Below, piece after piece: positions 26,510-35,734 of a stretch of DNA of 64,000 bases. Position 1 is the first letter of the stretch; every line of letters starts with the position of its first letter. The stretch covers positions 6,519 through 70,518 of the forward strand of contig CAYNFE010000004.1 of assembly GCA_964396475.1 (NCBI GenBank). The letters run 5' to 3'. The translations under genes were made by a program, and so were the position numbers. The notes under the pieces were generated by a model. The model did no database searches, was not told the DNA's origin, and was given only the letters and a program-made list of their open reading frames with translations. Origin of the DNA: Candidatus Woesearchaeota archaeon (GTDB lineage Archaea; Nanobdellota; Nanobdellia; Pacearchaeales; UBA284).

Positions 26510-26950
26510 ATGAAATGTCCGTATTGCTCTGGAAATACAAAAGTTTTGGATAAAAGAGATACAGAAGAAGTAACTAGACGAAGGCGCGAGTGTTTAAAAT
26601 GCAAAAAAAGATTTACTACATATGAAAGGATAAAGACAAACATAAGAGTAATTAAGAAAGATGAAAGAAGAGAGCCTTTTGATAGAGAAAAGTTATTGAT
26701 GGGAATAATGAGGGCTTGCGAGAAACGCCCTGTCAGCCAGGAAACTATTGAAAAAACTGTTACTGAAATAGAAACAAAGATGAGAGGTTATGGTCCTGAA
26801 GTTCCAACTAAGATTATTGGAGAATTAGTTATGAAAAAATTAAAGAAGATTGATAATGTGGCTTATGTTAGATTTGCTTCTGTATATCGTGAATTTGAAG
26901 ACATCGGTGATTTCAAGAAAACACTGAAAGAGCTTGGAAAAAGGAAATAG
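26510..26950 (+). CDS. nrdR: Transcriptional repressor NrdR (zinc ribbon + ATP-cone)
   Basis: MKCPYCSGNTKVLDKRDTEE...RRRRECLKCKKRFTTYE zinc ribbon followed by an ATP-cone (VIKKDERREPFDREKL...AYVRFASVYREF). The track's 33-codon N-terminal extension is rejected. Confidence 0.9.
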   Translation: MKCPYCSGNTKVLDKRDTEEVTRRRRECLKCKKRFTTYERIKTNIRVIKKDERREPFDREKLLMGIMRACEKRPVSQETIEKTVTEIETKMRGYGPEVPTKIIGELVMKKLKKIDNVAYVRFASVYREFEDIGDFKKTLKELGKRK

Positions 26951-26990
26951 AAATAATACATAGAAAAATTAAGAGGTGAGGGATGAAAAA

Positions 26991-29732
26991 ATGGAGACAC
27001 TTATGGAAAATCCAAGATTATATGAAACTTACGATAAAACTAAGACAAAAAAGCTAGAAGAAAGACTCCTAGGTTTAGATGTTCAGGCTGATTTTACACC
27101 AAACGCAATTTCAGTATTAGCAAAAAGATATCTCAGAAAAGATGAATGGGGTGTTCCTCAAGAAGATGTCAAAGGTTTGTTTGCAAGAGTCGCAGCAAAT
27201 ATGGCTTATCCTGATCTTCATTATACAAGTAGTGAAGAAAAAACTTATGAGACAGCCAAGAAATTCTATGAAATGATGGTTAATAAGGAATTTATGCCTA
27301 ATTCTCCGACATTGATGAATGCAGGAAGAAAAATGCAACAGCTTTCAGCATGCTTTGTCTTGCCTGTAAAAGATAATATGGAAAGTATATTTGGTCAGGT
27401 CTATAATACTGCAATGATTCATAAAAGCGGTGGAGGAACAGGATTTTCATTTTCAAAAGTAAGAAGAAAAAATGATTTTGTTTCTACAACATATGGAAAA
27501 GCATCAGGCCCAGTCAGCTTTATTATAGCTTATGATTCTGCAACACATGCTGTGAATCAGGGAGGTTTTAGAAGAGGAGCAAACATGGGTATTTTAAGAG
27601 TAGATCATCCAGATATTCTAGAATTTATACATGCTAAGGAGAATGAAAGAGATAGGAGATTTGAAAATTTTAATTTTTCAGTTGGTGTAACAGACGCTTT
27701 CATGGAAGCTGTTAAAAATGGAGAACACTACACTCTAAAAAATCCTAGAAAAGACAAATTCTATGATTTTACAATGAAGGATATAAAAAGAGATGAAGAA
27801 AGTATGAAACAGGGATTAATAACCAAAAATGAAAGAGTTTTGATCGTTGAAGATAGTGATGTCATATATCAAAACCCTATAGAGATGGATATAAGAGGAA
27901 GAATAACAAAAGTTAAAACAAAAAAAGTTGGAAAAGTTGATGAAAAAGGAAGAATAACACTAGATGCTAGACTTGTTTTTGATGAAATTGCTAATCTAGC
28001 TTGGAGAAATGGAGAGCCAGGAATCATTTTTCTAGATGAAATTAATAGATATAATCAAACCCCAAAAATAGGAAAAATAGAAGCAACTAATCCTTGTGGT
28101 GAACAACCATTACTACCATATGAGGCTTGCAATCTTGGCTCAATTAATTTAGGATTATTGGTTAAAAACGGAAAAGTTGATTATAAAAAATTAGGAGAGA
28201 CTGTTAAAAAAGCAGTACATTTTTTAGATAATGTAGTAGATATGAGTAATTTTTATATGCCTCTACCAAAAGAAAGATATGAAGACATCACACGCTGTAT
28301 ACAAAAACTTCTCAAAGAACAAGGAATTGAAAAAAAATATAAAGATTTAGAAAAAATAGTAAGAACTGATTTAAGAGGACCTATAGAGGGAATGGTGCAT
28401 GGAAATAGAAAAATTGGTCTTGGTGTTATGGGTTGGACAGATATGTTGACTCAATTAAAAATCCCTTATAGTTCTGAGGAAGCTGTTGAAAAAGCAGAAG
28501 AAGTAATGAAATTTGTGCAGGAAACAGCTGAGGAAAAATCAGAAGAATTAGCAGAAGAAAGAGGGGCTTTTCCAAATTTTGATAAAAGTATCTATGCAGA
28601 GAATGGAAATAAGCCAAGAAGAAATGCTACATGCACAACAATAGCCCCAACAGGCTCTATATCAATCATAAGCGGAGCATCTTCAGGAATTGAACCTTTA
28701 TTTGGTATAGTTTATACTCATACAGATGCTGATAACAAAACCAGGGAATTTAGAAATGAATTTTTAGAAAGAGACCTAGGAGAAAATGGAATAGATCCAG
28801 ATAGGGTTCTTTCAGAGCTTGTTAAAGGAAAAAGTTTGCAAGAATTAGATTTTGTTCCTGATCATATAAAGAAAGTTTATGTCACTTTCAGAGATGTTCC
28901 TGTAGAATATCACGTGAAAATGCAGGCAGCATTCCAGAAATACACACATAATGCAGTAAGCAAGACAACAAACATGCCAAATTCTGCTACAGTAGAAGAC
29001 GTAAAAGAAGTATATCAACTATCACATAAGCTTGGTTGTAAAGGAATAACTCTTTATAGAGATGGCAGCAGACAAAAGCAAGTCATAAAAGAAAAAAAAG
29101 TAGAAAAAGTAGAAGATAAAAAAGAAAACCATCTTGAAAAAATGCTTAATCTAGAATTGCCAGGTCGTATAGTAAAATATAAATCACTCCCTGGAGAAAC
29201 ATATGAAATGAATACAGGATGTGGAAAACTTTTTGTCACTGTAAATCATGATCCAAAAACAGGAAAACTCCTTGAAGTTTTCCAGAACATGAACCCTCCA
29301 GGTGGTTGTGGAAATGCACAGACCGCTGCTCAAGGTATTCTTACTTCTATTTACTTACAACAAGGAGGAAATACTAAAAAAATCTATAAACTTCTGTCCG
29401 GAACAACATGTCCAAAACAATTTGGTTTAGGACCAAGTAAAATAAGTTCTTGCCCAGATGCAATGATCCAAGCAATGCAATATCATGAACAAAGAATCGC
29501 TAATGGAGAATTTCCAATGGGAGATTCAGTAAATTCAAAACCAAAACAAGAAAAACAAAAAACAAATGAAAATCCTGGAACAAAAAAAGAAAAAGCTCCT
29601 GAAATAAATTCTAGTCATATTAATAAAGTAGATCAACGCTGTCCAGAATGTGGTGCTTCTTTAGATTTTGCTGAAGGATGTATGGGTGGAACATGCACTA
29701 ATCCTTCTTGTGGCTGGTCTTCTTGTGGTTAA
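26991..29732 (+). CDS. nrdJ: Ribonucleoside-triphosphate/diphosphate reductase, class II (adenosylcobalamin-dependent), with C-terminal Cys-rich zinc ribbon
   Basis: [23 protein letters not shown] active-site finger loop, TIAPTGSIS, and a C-terminal CPECG...[12 protein letters not shown]. The ATG at 26991 lies downstream of AAGAGGTGAGG, and the track's GTG at 26976 overlaps this SD-like motif. Confidence 0.9.
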   Translation: METLMENPRLYETYDKTKTKKLEERLLGLDVQADFTPNAISVLAKRYLRKDEWGVPQEDVKGLFARVAANMAYPDLHYTSSEEKTYETAKKFYEMMVNKEFMPNSPTLMNAGRKMQQLSACFVLPVKDNMESIFGQVYNTAMIHKSGGGTGFSFSKVRRKNDFVSTTYGKASGPVSFIIAYDSATHAVNQGGFRRGANMGILRVDHPDILEFIHAKENERDRRFENFNFSVGVTDAFMEAVKNGEHYTLKNPRKDKFYDFTMKDIKRDEESMKQGLITKNERVLIVEDSDVIYQNPIEMDIRGRITKVKTKKVGKVDEKGRITLDARLVFDEIANLAWRNGEPGIIFLDEINRYNQTPKIGKIEATNPCGEQPLLPYEACNLGSINLGLLVKNGKVDYKKLGETVKKAVHFLDNVVDMSNFYMPLPKERYEDITRCIQKLLKEQGIEKKYKDLEKIVRTDLRGPIEGMVHGNRKIGLGVMGWTDMLTQLKIPYSSEEAVEKAEEVMKFVQETAEEKSEELAEERGAFPNFDKSIYAENGNKPRRNATCTTIAPTGSISIISGASSGIEPLFGIVYTHTDADNKTREFRNEFLERDLGENGIDPDRVLSELVKGKSLQELDFVPDHIKKVYVTFRDVPVEYHVKMQAAFQKYTHNAVSKTTNMPNSATVEDVKEVYQLSHKLGCKGITLYRDGSRQKQVIKEKKVEKVEDKKENHLEKMLNLELPGRIVKYKSLPGETYEMNTGCGKLFVTVNHDPKTGKLLEVFQNMNPPGGCGNAQTAAQGILTSIYLQQGGNTKKIYKLLSGTTCPKQFGLGPSKISSCPDAMIQAMQYHEQRIANGEFPMGDSVNSKPKQEKQKTNENPGTKKEKAPEINSSHINKVDQRCPECGASLDFAEGCMGGTCTNPSCGWSSCG

Positions 29733-29811
29733 TCAAAACTAAAAAATATATTTAGACAGATATATTTTCTATCATATCAATCTTTTTAAATTTCTATCAG
29801 ATTTTATTTGC

Positions 29812-31425
29812 ATGCCTATCAAAAATAAACTTAAAATTGAATTAGCTGGTTTCTGGCCAAAGATAGAGATAAAAGACAAAAGATTAAGAAAGAAAATTGG
29901 CAAGGATTTCTTAGGGCCAGATTATATAGTTAGTTTTCTCCAGAAAGCTGTTTACAAATCAGTGCCTTTAATAAAAGGATTAGAAGAAGAAATACTGAAA
30001 GAAGAAAATATAAGAGAGACAGCATTCAATAAATTTTCAAGTTCTATGCTAAGAGGTCACTCTCTTGACGGCACTGCAGGAATTGCTTTAAAATTACATG
30101 GAAGCAAACTTCTTGATTCTGCTCTTACAGGAATACCATTTTCAAGAAGTTTTGTGACTAGTGGAAGAAGAGCGAAAATACATAAAGAAAACATAATAAT
30201 TCCAGACTCTATTGATAAAAAATATGATCTTAGAAAAGAATATGTAGAGACATCAGAAACAGCTATAGAAATTTATGATAAAATAATTGATAAAATTGGA
30301 AGCAAACAATTAGCTTCCAAAGTTGTTCCTTATAATAATCCATGTGATCTCTATATAAGGTTGCCTTTAAGTTCTATCATGACTCTTGCTCTTGAATTAG
30401 AACAGCAAAAACAAACTAATCAGATATGGATGCCAAGAGAAGTGGAAGAATTAATATCAAGATTAGAAAATGATATACTGCCTGATATAGATATGAAAAT
30501 AATGTATGATACAAGAAAAGCTGCTCTTCGTGATACTTATCTTCATTGGTATGTATTCAAAGGTAAAGATGATAATTTTGCAACAGAAATGGCAAAATTA
30601 TTGGGAAATCCTCTTGAACCAACAATAATACCAACTTCAATAAACATACAACCAACTAAGGGCTTGAGAAAGAAATTAAAATATCTAGAAGAAAAAATAA
30701 GTTTCACACACACTATTTTAAATCCTAAAGAATTATCAAAAGCTTCCAGAGAAAACTTGTTGTTGTTAAGAGATATAGTTGATTCTTATAACGATTCTAT
30801 CTCATTAAAAACAGTAAGTAGTTTATCATGGCGCGTTTGGAGTGAGCAAAAAAGACATTCAACTTTAAGACAGTGCGTAGAGTCAATATATAGAGCAAGT
30901 GACAGAGCATATGAAATCATAGAATCATCTAGAAATAAAAAAGATCTTTTCAAGAGATCAGAAAAAGCTTTTGTTATTCCACCAGAAATAAAAAAAGATA
31001 AAGAGCTTCTCAGAGATTATGTATGGATATCTTCAAAACAACACCTATTAAGAAAAGAACTTCTTGATGCTAGTATAGAAGAAAGAGATGCTATCTATAT
31101 TGTTCCAAGAAATACTAGATTAAGGACAGTAGAGACGTATGATTTGATAAACCTAATTGATTTGGAACTTCCATTAAGAACTTGCACAACTTGTGAGCCT
31201 GAAAGACGAGCAACTGCAGAAAAGAAAGCAGAAATTATAAAAGACACCTTAAGTGGTATTATCCCAGAGCTCAATTATTTAATAGGCCCAAAATGCATTC
31301 TTGGTTATTGCACAGAGCCAAAATTCTGCGGAAAAATCCTAGAATACAATCCAGATTACAGTGTATCTTTGCATAATCATATAAGAGAAAATCTGATAAA
31401 GAAGGCTTCAGAAAAAATAAGTTAA
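29812..31425 (+). CDS. Hypothetical protein; possible divergent tandem ThyX-like (flavin-dependent thymidylate synthase fold) protein
   Basis: Residues 345-360 (EQKRHSTLRQCVESIY, nt 30844-30891) resemble the ThyX motif RHRxxSxxxxSxRY. IVPRNTRLRTVETYDLINLIDLELPLR resembles the ThyX helix block. The N-terminal half carries a degenerate copy (RGHSLDGTAGIALKLHG...SGRR). Confidence 0.35.
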   Translation: MPIKNKLKIELAGFWPKIEIKDKRLRKKIGKDFLGPDYIVSFLQKAVYKSVPLIKGLEEEILKEENIRETAFNKFSSSMLRGHSLDGTAGIALKLHGSKLLDSALTGIPFSRSFVTSGRRAKIHKENIIIPDSIDKKYDLRKEYVETSETAIEIYDKIIDKIGSKQLASKVVPYNNPCDLYIRLPLSSIMTLALELEQQKQTNQIWMPREVEELISRLENDILPDIDMKIMYDTRKAALRDTYLHWYVFKGKDDNFATEMAKLLGNPLEPTIIPTSINIQPTKGLRKKLKYLEEKISFTHTILNPKELSKASRENLLLLRDIVDSYNDSISLKTVSSLSWRVWSEQKRHSTLRQCVESIYRASDRAYEIIESSRNKKDLFKRSEKAFVIPPEIKKDKELLRDYVWISSKQHLLRKELLDASIEERDAIYIVPRNTRLRTVETYDLINLIDLELPLRTCTTCEPERRATAEKKAEIIKDTLSGIIPELNYLIGPKCILGYCTEPKFCGKILEYNPDYSVSLHNHIRENLIKKASEKIS

Positions 31426-31426
31426 A

Positions 31427-31789
31427 ATGTTAGATTTATTTGAAGATTTAAAAGGTTTCACAAAACTAGGTTTATATTTGGGTTCTGATAAAAATAATAA
31501 ATTAGCAATGAAAATAAAAGAATCCAGCAGTCTTACAATCAATACAAAAGTGGAAGATATTTTTCTAGGAAGAGATGCTGTAATTAGTGGGAAAAAAATC
31601 TATGGCAAGATAATCATAGCAGAATTTGATGACAGAAAATATATTATTGCTCCTTCTAATGTAAATAACAATCCTATTGTCCTGTATAATTATCCTCATG
31701 AAATCTATACTTGGATCTGTTATGATAAAAAAGAAAAAGATTTAGATGAAATTGCTCTAAATGTTATTAAAGAAATAGAACAAAAATAA
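31427..31789 (+). CDS. Hypothetical protein (120 aa), translationally coupled to the upstream gene
   Basis: The ATG lies 1 nt after the upstream TAA stop; no motif recognised. Confidence 0.5.
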   Translation: MLDLFEDLKGFTKLGLYLGSDKNNKLAMKIKESSSLTINTKVEDIFLGRDAVISGKKIYGKIIIAEFDDRKYIIAPSNVNNNPIVLYNYPHEIYTWICYDKKEKDLDEIALNVIKEIEQK

Positions 31790-31814
31790 AATAAAAAATA
31801 AAAAAAGAAGGAGA

Positions 31815-32033
31815 TTAAATAATTCCTTCCAAATTTTCTAGCTCAGATTCACTAAATTCATTCATATTTAAGTTATCTATCTCATTACTTAAATCTTCTA
31901 AACTGTTTAATTCTGAGTTTAATTCTTGAGCCTGGGCTTCTGCGCTAGCTTCTCCACAACCTGTTCCTGAAACAAAAATAAAACAGAGGAGTAGTATTAT
32001 AGTTAAGACTACTGCTAAAATTTTTGATTCCAT
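31815..32033 (-). CDS. Small exported/lipoprotein-like acidic protein (72 aa)
   Basis: The start is moved to MESKILAVVLTIILLLCFIFVSGTGCGEA..., a signal-like helix ending in a Cys, followed by an acidic tail. The K/R-rich extension in the track is the off-frame readout of the upstream gene's poly-Glu tail. Confidence 0.45.
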   Translation of the reverse strand: MESKILAVVLTIILLLCFIFVSGTGCGEASAEAQAQELNSELNSLEDLSNEIDNLNMNEFSESELENLEGII

Positions 32034-32040
32034 CTTATTT

Positions 32041-32946
32041 CTATTCCTCCTCTTCCTCAAGCTCTTCTTCCTCTTCTGGTTCCTCTTCTTCTGCCTCTTC
32101 TTCCTCTGGTTCTTCCTCTTCACCCAGTTCTCGGCATTCTCTTAATTCTTGGATTATCTCTTTAAGAGTCAGATGAGCTTCTTTAAGCTTAAGTTGAGCA
32201 AGTTGCATTTTTGCTTGAGCCTCTCTTAAAATCTCAGTATCTGGCTCATGATTTTGCACAGACTCCATGAACTGTTCCCATAGATCTCTAGATTCATCAT
32301 AACTAATTCTTGCTTCAGCTATCTGTCCATTAAACTGTTCTACAAGAGGATCTATGTTTGTAGTGTTTGTACAATTCCACTTCTCTATAAAGTCATCTAG
32401 TTTTGTTTCAAGATGCTCGGCTCTTTGAATCACCAAGCCTGTCCTATGTAAAAGAACAATTCTTTTTGTGATTCTAAATTTAAGATGGGATTCTTTTATC
32501 AAAGCACGAATCTCTTTGATAATTTCCTTAAGTTCTTCTCTATCTGCATCTTCAATCCCTGAGCAAAGTTCTTCTAACTTATCTTTTTGGCTTTCTATTG
32601 TTTCTTTTAGTGTCTCTTTTTCTTCATCAGTTAGCTTTGGATTCTTGTCAATCCTCTCTTTAAATGCTTCAAAAATATCTTCATTTCCTGAACAAACCCT
32701 TAAAAGAACATTTTTCACAAGCTGATTAGCTGCATTTTTTATTACAATGCACTCTTCTTCTTCACTATTCTCACATTTCTGAATTTGCTGTTTTATCTGC
32801 TCTCTAAATGTATTTTCTTGTATGAACTTCTCTCTCACACCTTCAACACTTTCAGTTACCCAAGCTTTTTGATCACCAGCAGCAAAAACTGAAGGAACCA
32901 TAGCCACTATCAAAATAAGGGCTATAAATAAAGCTATAAATTTCAT
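32041..32946 (-). CDS. Secreted coiled-coil protein with poly-Glu C-terminal tail
   Basis: N-terminal signal peptide MKFIALFIALILIVAMVPSVFA|AG, heptad-rich helical body with several Cys, and the tail EEEPEEEEAEEEEPEEEEELEEEEE. Confidence 0.6.
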   Translation of the reverse strand: MKFIALFIALILIVAMVPSVFAAGDQKAWVTESVEGVREKFIQENTFREQIKQQIQKCENSEEEECIVIKNAANQLVKNVLLRVCSGNEDIFEAFKERIDKNPKLTDEEKETLKETIESQKDKLEELCSGIEDADREELKEIIKEIRALIKESHLKFRITKRIVLLHRTGLVIQRAEHLETKLDDFIEKWNCTNTTNIDPLVEQFNGQIAEARISYDESRDLWEQFMESVQNHEPDTEILREAQAKMQLAQLKLKEAHLTLKEIIQELRECRELGEEEEPEEEEAEEEEPEEEEELEEEEE

Positions 32947-32951
32947 CTTTT

Positions 32952-33896
32952 TTAACCTCCTTTCAAATTTTCTTTAGTATTTAATTTATCATAAACAGAA
33001 TATACAATTTTTTGATATTTGGCAGGAATTTTTGCAGCTAATGACATAGCCTTATTTAATTTTAGTTCAGCAAAATAATTGATTATCAAAAGACCTTGAG
33101 CAATAGCAGTTAATTCTTTTAAATCAGGATATGTATTCAGAAGACCAGTGAACTTAGGATCTTCCTTTTTAATGTAAATCTCACCAGCATTCTTACTGTC
33201 CGGAGCTTTATATTCATCTGTTGCTGTAAGGCCGCCAAGAGTTCCACCCTCATTAGCAATATCCTCTATTATTCCTTGCATATCAGATAAGAAATTATAG
33301 CTTTGAGCCTTGCACTCTAGTTTTTCAGGCTCATTTATTTTTACATCCTCTACTATCTGTTCTATTGTTCTGTTTGTTCTTTCTGGTTCAAGTAATCTCC
33401 TCAAACTCTCCAAAGATTCATTTACAAGAGGACCAAGTCTGTTTAAATTATATCTACTAAATCTCTCTCCTCTTAAAACTTGTTTGAGATGTTTTGGCAA
33501 AAAATCACTTATAGGATGTGATATATGTTGATTACCATTTCCTTCATATATTACAAATGTAGAACCTATTTTTACCACATCTCCAGTATCTTGGCCATTT
33601 TTCTTTACAAAATAAAAAATACCTTCTTCTAAAGTGGCAAAACCTAGATTTTTGTCAGTTAGATTAACCCATCCTCTCTCAGGGCATATCTCGTATCCTG
33701 GTAAAAGTTCCTTTAATGCATAAGGAACACTTGCATTTAGGTCATTAACTTGATCCATATTTAATGATATCCTGCTCTTATAATGTATTTTAGTATGAGT
33801 TTCAAAACCACCCCCAAAACCTTTTTCTTTTAATATCTCTTCATCTGTCATAAATCCTTCTATATCAGGCTTGCTTGTTTCTTTTTTGTCTGTCAT
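32952..33896 (-). CDS. Hypothetical cytoplasmic protein (314 aa)
   Basis: Long ORF with normal composition, 5 nt upstream of the next gene in the operon; no motif recognised. Confidence 0.6.
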   Translation of the reverse strand: MTDKKETSKPDIEGFMTDEEILKEKGFGGGFETHTKIHYKSRISLNMDQVNDLNASVPYALKELLPGYEICPERGWVNLTDKNLGFATLEEGIFYFVKKNGQDTGDVVKIGSTFVIYEGNGNQHISHPISDFLPKHLKQVLRGERFSRYNLNRLGPLVNESLESLRRLLEPERTNRTIEQIVEDVKINEPEKLECKAQSYNFLSDMQGIIEDIANEGGTLGGLTATDEYKAPDSKNAGEIYIKKEDPKFTGLLNTYPDLKELTAIAQGLLIINYFAELKLNKAMSLAAKIPAKYQKIVYSVYDKLNTKENLKGG

Positions 33897-33902
33897 TTTA
33901 TT

Positions 33903-34691
33903 TTATAGATAATGGGAATTTGGCTTTTTTTTATCAGTATTAATTAATTCATCAATAATATTAGAATCTAATACATCCTTAACAAGATCTATCTGTTTAG
34001 GATTAGTTTCTTCTTTTACTTCTATTTCCTCAAGGATTTCATCAATATCAATTATATTGACAGGATATCCTCCACTTCTAACACTCTCTATTTTTGGTTT
34101 ATTTTTATCTTCTTTTGGTTCATCAAGATCAATCTCATTATGTGAGTATTCTACCTCATTTTCTCTTTTTTTATTAATATCAAGATCTAATCTAGTTTTA
34201 GCAGAAAAATCTCTAACATACTCTCTAAAATCTCTAAGTCTTTGATAGATTATTTTATCCTCATCAAAACCTTTTTTCTTGAAATCTTTGAGAATATCAT
34301 CTATCATTCCAATTTTTTCATAATTGCCTAGAATAATATGATCAATTTTTCCTTTAACACCATTTAAGAAAAGCTCATATAACCCTTTTGAGCAAAGAAA
34401 CCATATATTGGCTTTTTCATTGGCTTTGTTCTTAAGATAAACAGCTCTATGATTCAATGTAGAGATAGAATTTCTGTTTTCATTTTCCTTTCCAAAGTCA
34501 TAATCTACTATTATTATTGTTTTTTTATCTGTCTTAGGGGATTTCTCTATTTTTGGTCCAAAAAAATCATCTTCATTCTCTGGATCTGTTTTAATTTCTT
34601 CTTCTGTTCTCTCAATCTTTGTTCTCCCATTCAAAAGTTCATCTAAATCTATTGGTTTTTGGTTTATTTTTTCTGATTCCATTTTAAACAT
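33903..34691 (-). CDS. Hypothetical acidic protein (262 aa), first gene of the operon
   Basis: Long ORF, 6 nt upstream of the next gene; no motif recognised. Confidence 0.6.
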   Translation of the reverse strand: MFKMESEKINQKPIDLDELLNGRTKIERTEEEIKTDPENEDDFFGPKIEKSPKTDKKTIIIVDYDFGKENENRNSISTLNHRAVYLKNKANEKANIWFLCSKGLYELFLNGVKGKIDHIILGNYEKIGMIDDILKDFKKKGFDEDKIIYQRLRDFREYVRDFSAKTRLDLDINKKRENEVEYSHNEIDLDEPKEDKNKPKIESVRSGGYPVNIIDIDEILEEIEVKEETNPKQIDLVKDVLDSNIIDELINTDKKKPNSHYL

Positions 34692-34693
34692 GA

Positions 34694-34717
34694 AAGCAGG
34701 CTACTGGCCTGCCTGCT
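34694..34717. promoter_or_regulatory. GC-rich inverted repeat/hairpin (AGCAGGC-N-GCCTGCT; alternative GCAGGC TACTG GCCTGC)
   Basis: Seen directly in GAAAGCAGGCTACTGGCCTGCCTGCTTTTT. It sits 3 nt upstream of the minus-strand ATG at 34691 and within the divergent intergenic region. Confidence 0.35.
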
Positions 34718-34845
34718 TTTTACAGTTCTATTAAAGAAATTTAATTTATAAAAACACTTTCAGGAGAAAGTTGAGATATGCTTTATTAAGCTTTATATCC
34801 ATAAGATTTGGTAAAGTTTTTAAAGTATCTTCTTTTTTATGTTAT

Positions 34846-35592
34846 ATGATAAAGGCTAAGGTAATAATTATAATAATTGCATTTATTCTAGCTCTGTCTT
34901 TAGTTCAAGCAGCTACAATTTATGGAACAATTTATGGACCTGATTTGGAACTAGCTGAAAAAGCTCTGGTTGAGATAAACAGCACTCCAAAACAAAACAT
35001 GGTTGCTAATGATGGTACTTATTCTTTTATTGTATCTAATGGAACCTATGAAATTGAAGCATATTATTCTTATCAAGGAGTTTTGCTTTATGATAAAGAA
35101 ACAATAACCTTACCAAGTGAGGGAGATTTTGTTATTGATCTCATATTATTTGAAACAGTAGATATAGAAGACTTAGAATTTGATGAAAATGAACTTAAAT
35201 TGATTGAAGAACTATTAAAAGAAAAGAAAGGGATAAGTATAGGATTAATTATTGGAATAATAATCGCAGCTATTGCTATAGTAGCTATAATGATTTATTT
35301 CTTTTATAGAAAATCCATAGATAGATTAAGAAAAAAATTACTCAAAAAAAAGAGGAAGAAAAAATTCAAGGCAAAAGCAGTTAAAGAGAAAGTTAAGCCA
35401 ACAGGAGATGAAGTCATGACCCAAACTCTAGCCATTTTAAAGAGAGAAAAAAGAGTTACACAAAAAGATTTAAGAAAAGAGCTTGGAATAAGCGAGGCAA
35501 AAGCATCTCTAGTAATAACAGATTTAGAAAGCCAGGGTAAGGTAAGAAAGATCAAAAAAGGACGAGGCAACATAATTATTTATCAACCATAA
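34846..35592 (+). CDS. Membrane-anchored winged-helix protein: extracytoplasmic CarboxypepD_reg-like domain, TM helix, Lys-rich linker, C-terminal wHTH
   Basis: Starts at MIKAKVIIIIIAFILALS (signal/anchor). The ATIYGTIYGPD...NDGTYSF..SNGTYEIEA pattern fits the carboxypeptidase-regulatory fold. A TM helix GLIIGIIIAAIAIVAIMIYFFY follows, and the C-terminal TQKDLRKELGISEAKASLVITDLESQGKVRKIKKGRGNIIIY resembles a MarR-like wHTH. Confidence 0.6.
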   Translation: MIKAKVIIIIIAFILALSLVQAATIYGTIYGPDLELAEKALVEINSTPKQNMVANDGTYSFIVSNGTYEIEAYYSYQGVLLYDKETITLPSEGDFVIDLILFETVDIEDLEFDENELKLIEELLKEKKGISIGLIIGIIIAAIAIVAIMIYFFYRKSIDRLRKKLLKKKRKKKFKAKAVKEKVKPTGDEVMTQTLAILKREKRVTQKDLRKELGISEAKASLVITDLESQGKVRKIKKGRGNIIIYQP

Positions 35593-35599
35593 CAATTCA

Positions 35600-35715
35600 G
35601 GGCCTGTGGTCTAGTGGTTAGGACGCAACCCTCACAATCAGAACCTGCGGTTCCGATACTTCCCAAGTTCTGACGGGAACGGTTGAGATCCTCGGTTCAA
35701 TTCCGAGCAGGCCCA
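35600..35715 (+). tRNA. tRNA-Val (anticodon CAC) with a ~43-nt intron at the canonical 37/38 position
   Basis: Hand fold: acceptor GGGCCTG/CAGGCCC, D arm GTCT-AGTGGTTA-GGAC, anticodon stem CAACC/GGTTG with loop CTCACA..., T arm CTCGG-TTCAATT-CCGAG, discriminator A. No CCA is encoded. The intron (~35637..35679) contains an internal 7-bp helix TCAGAAC/GTTCTGA. Confidence 0.85.
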
Positions 35716-35734
35716 TTAAATTAATTAAAATAAA

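Noticed and set aside
32034-32123. K/R-rich N-terminal extension (MKRKNQRKKRQKKRN...) of the 31815 ORF
   Set aside because: It is the alternative-frame translation of the poly-Glu tail of the upstream gene (32041..32946). The internal MESKILAVV... start gives a sensible signal peptide and a 7-nt intergenic spacer.
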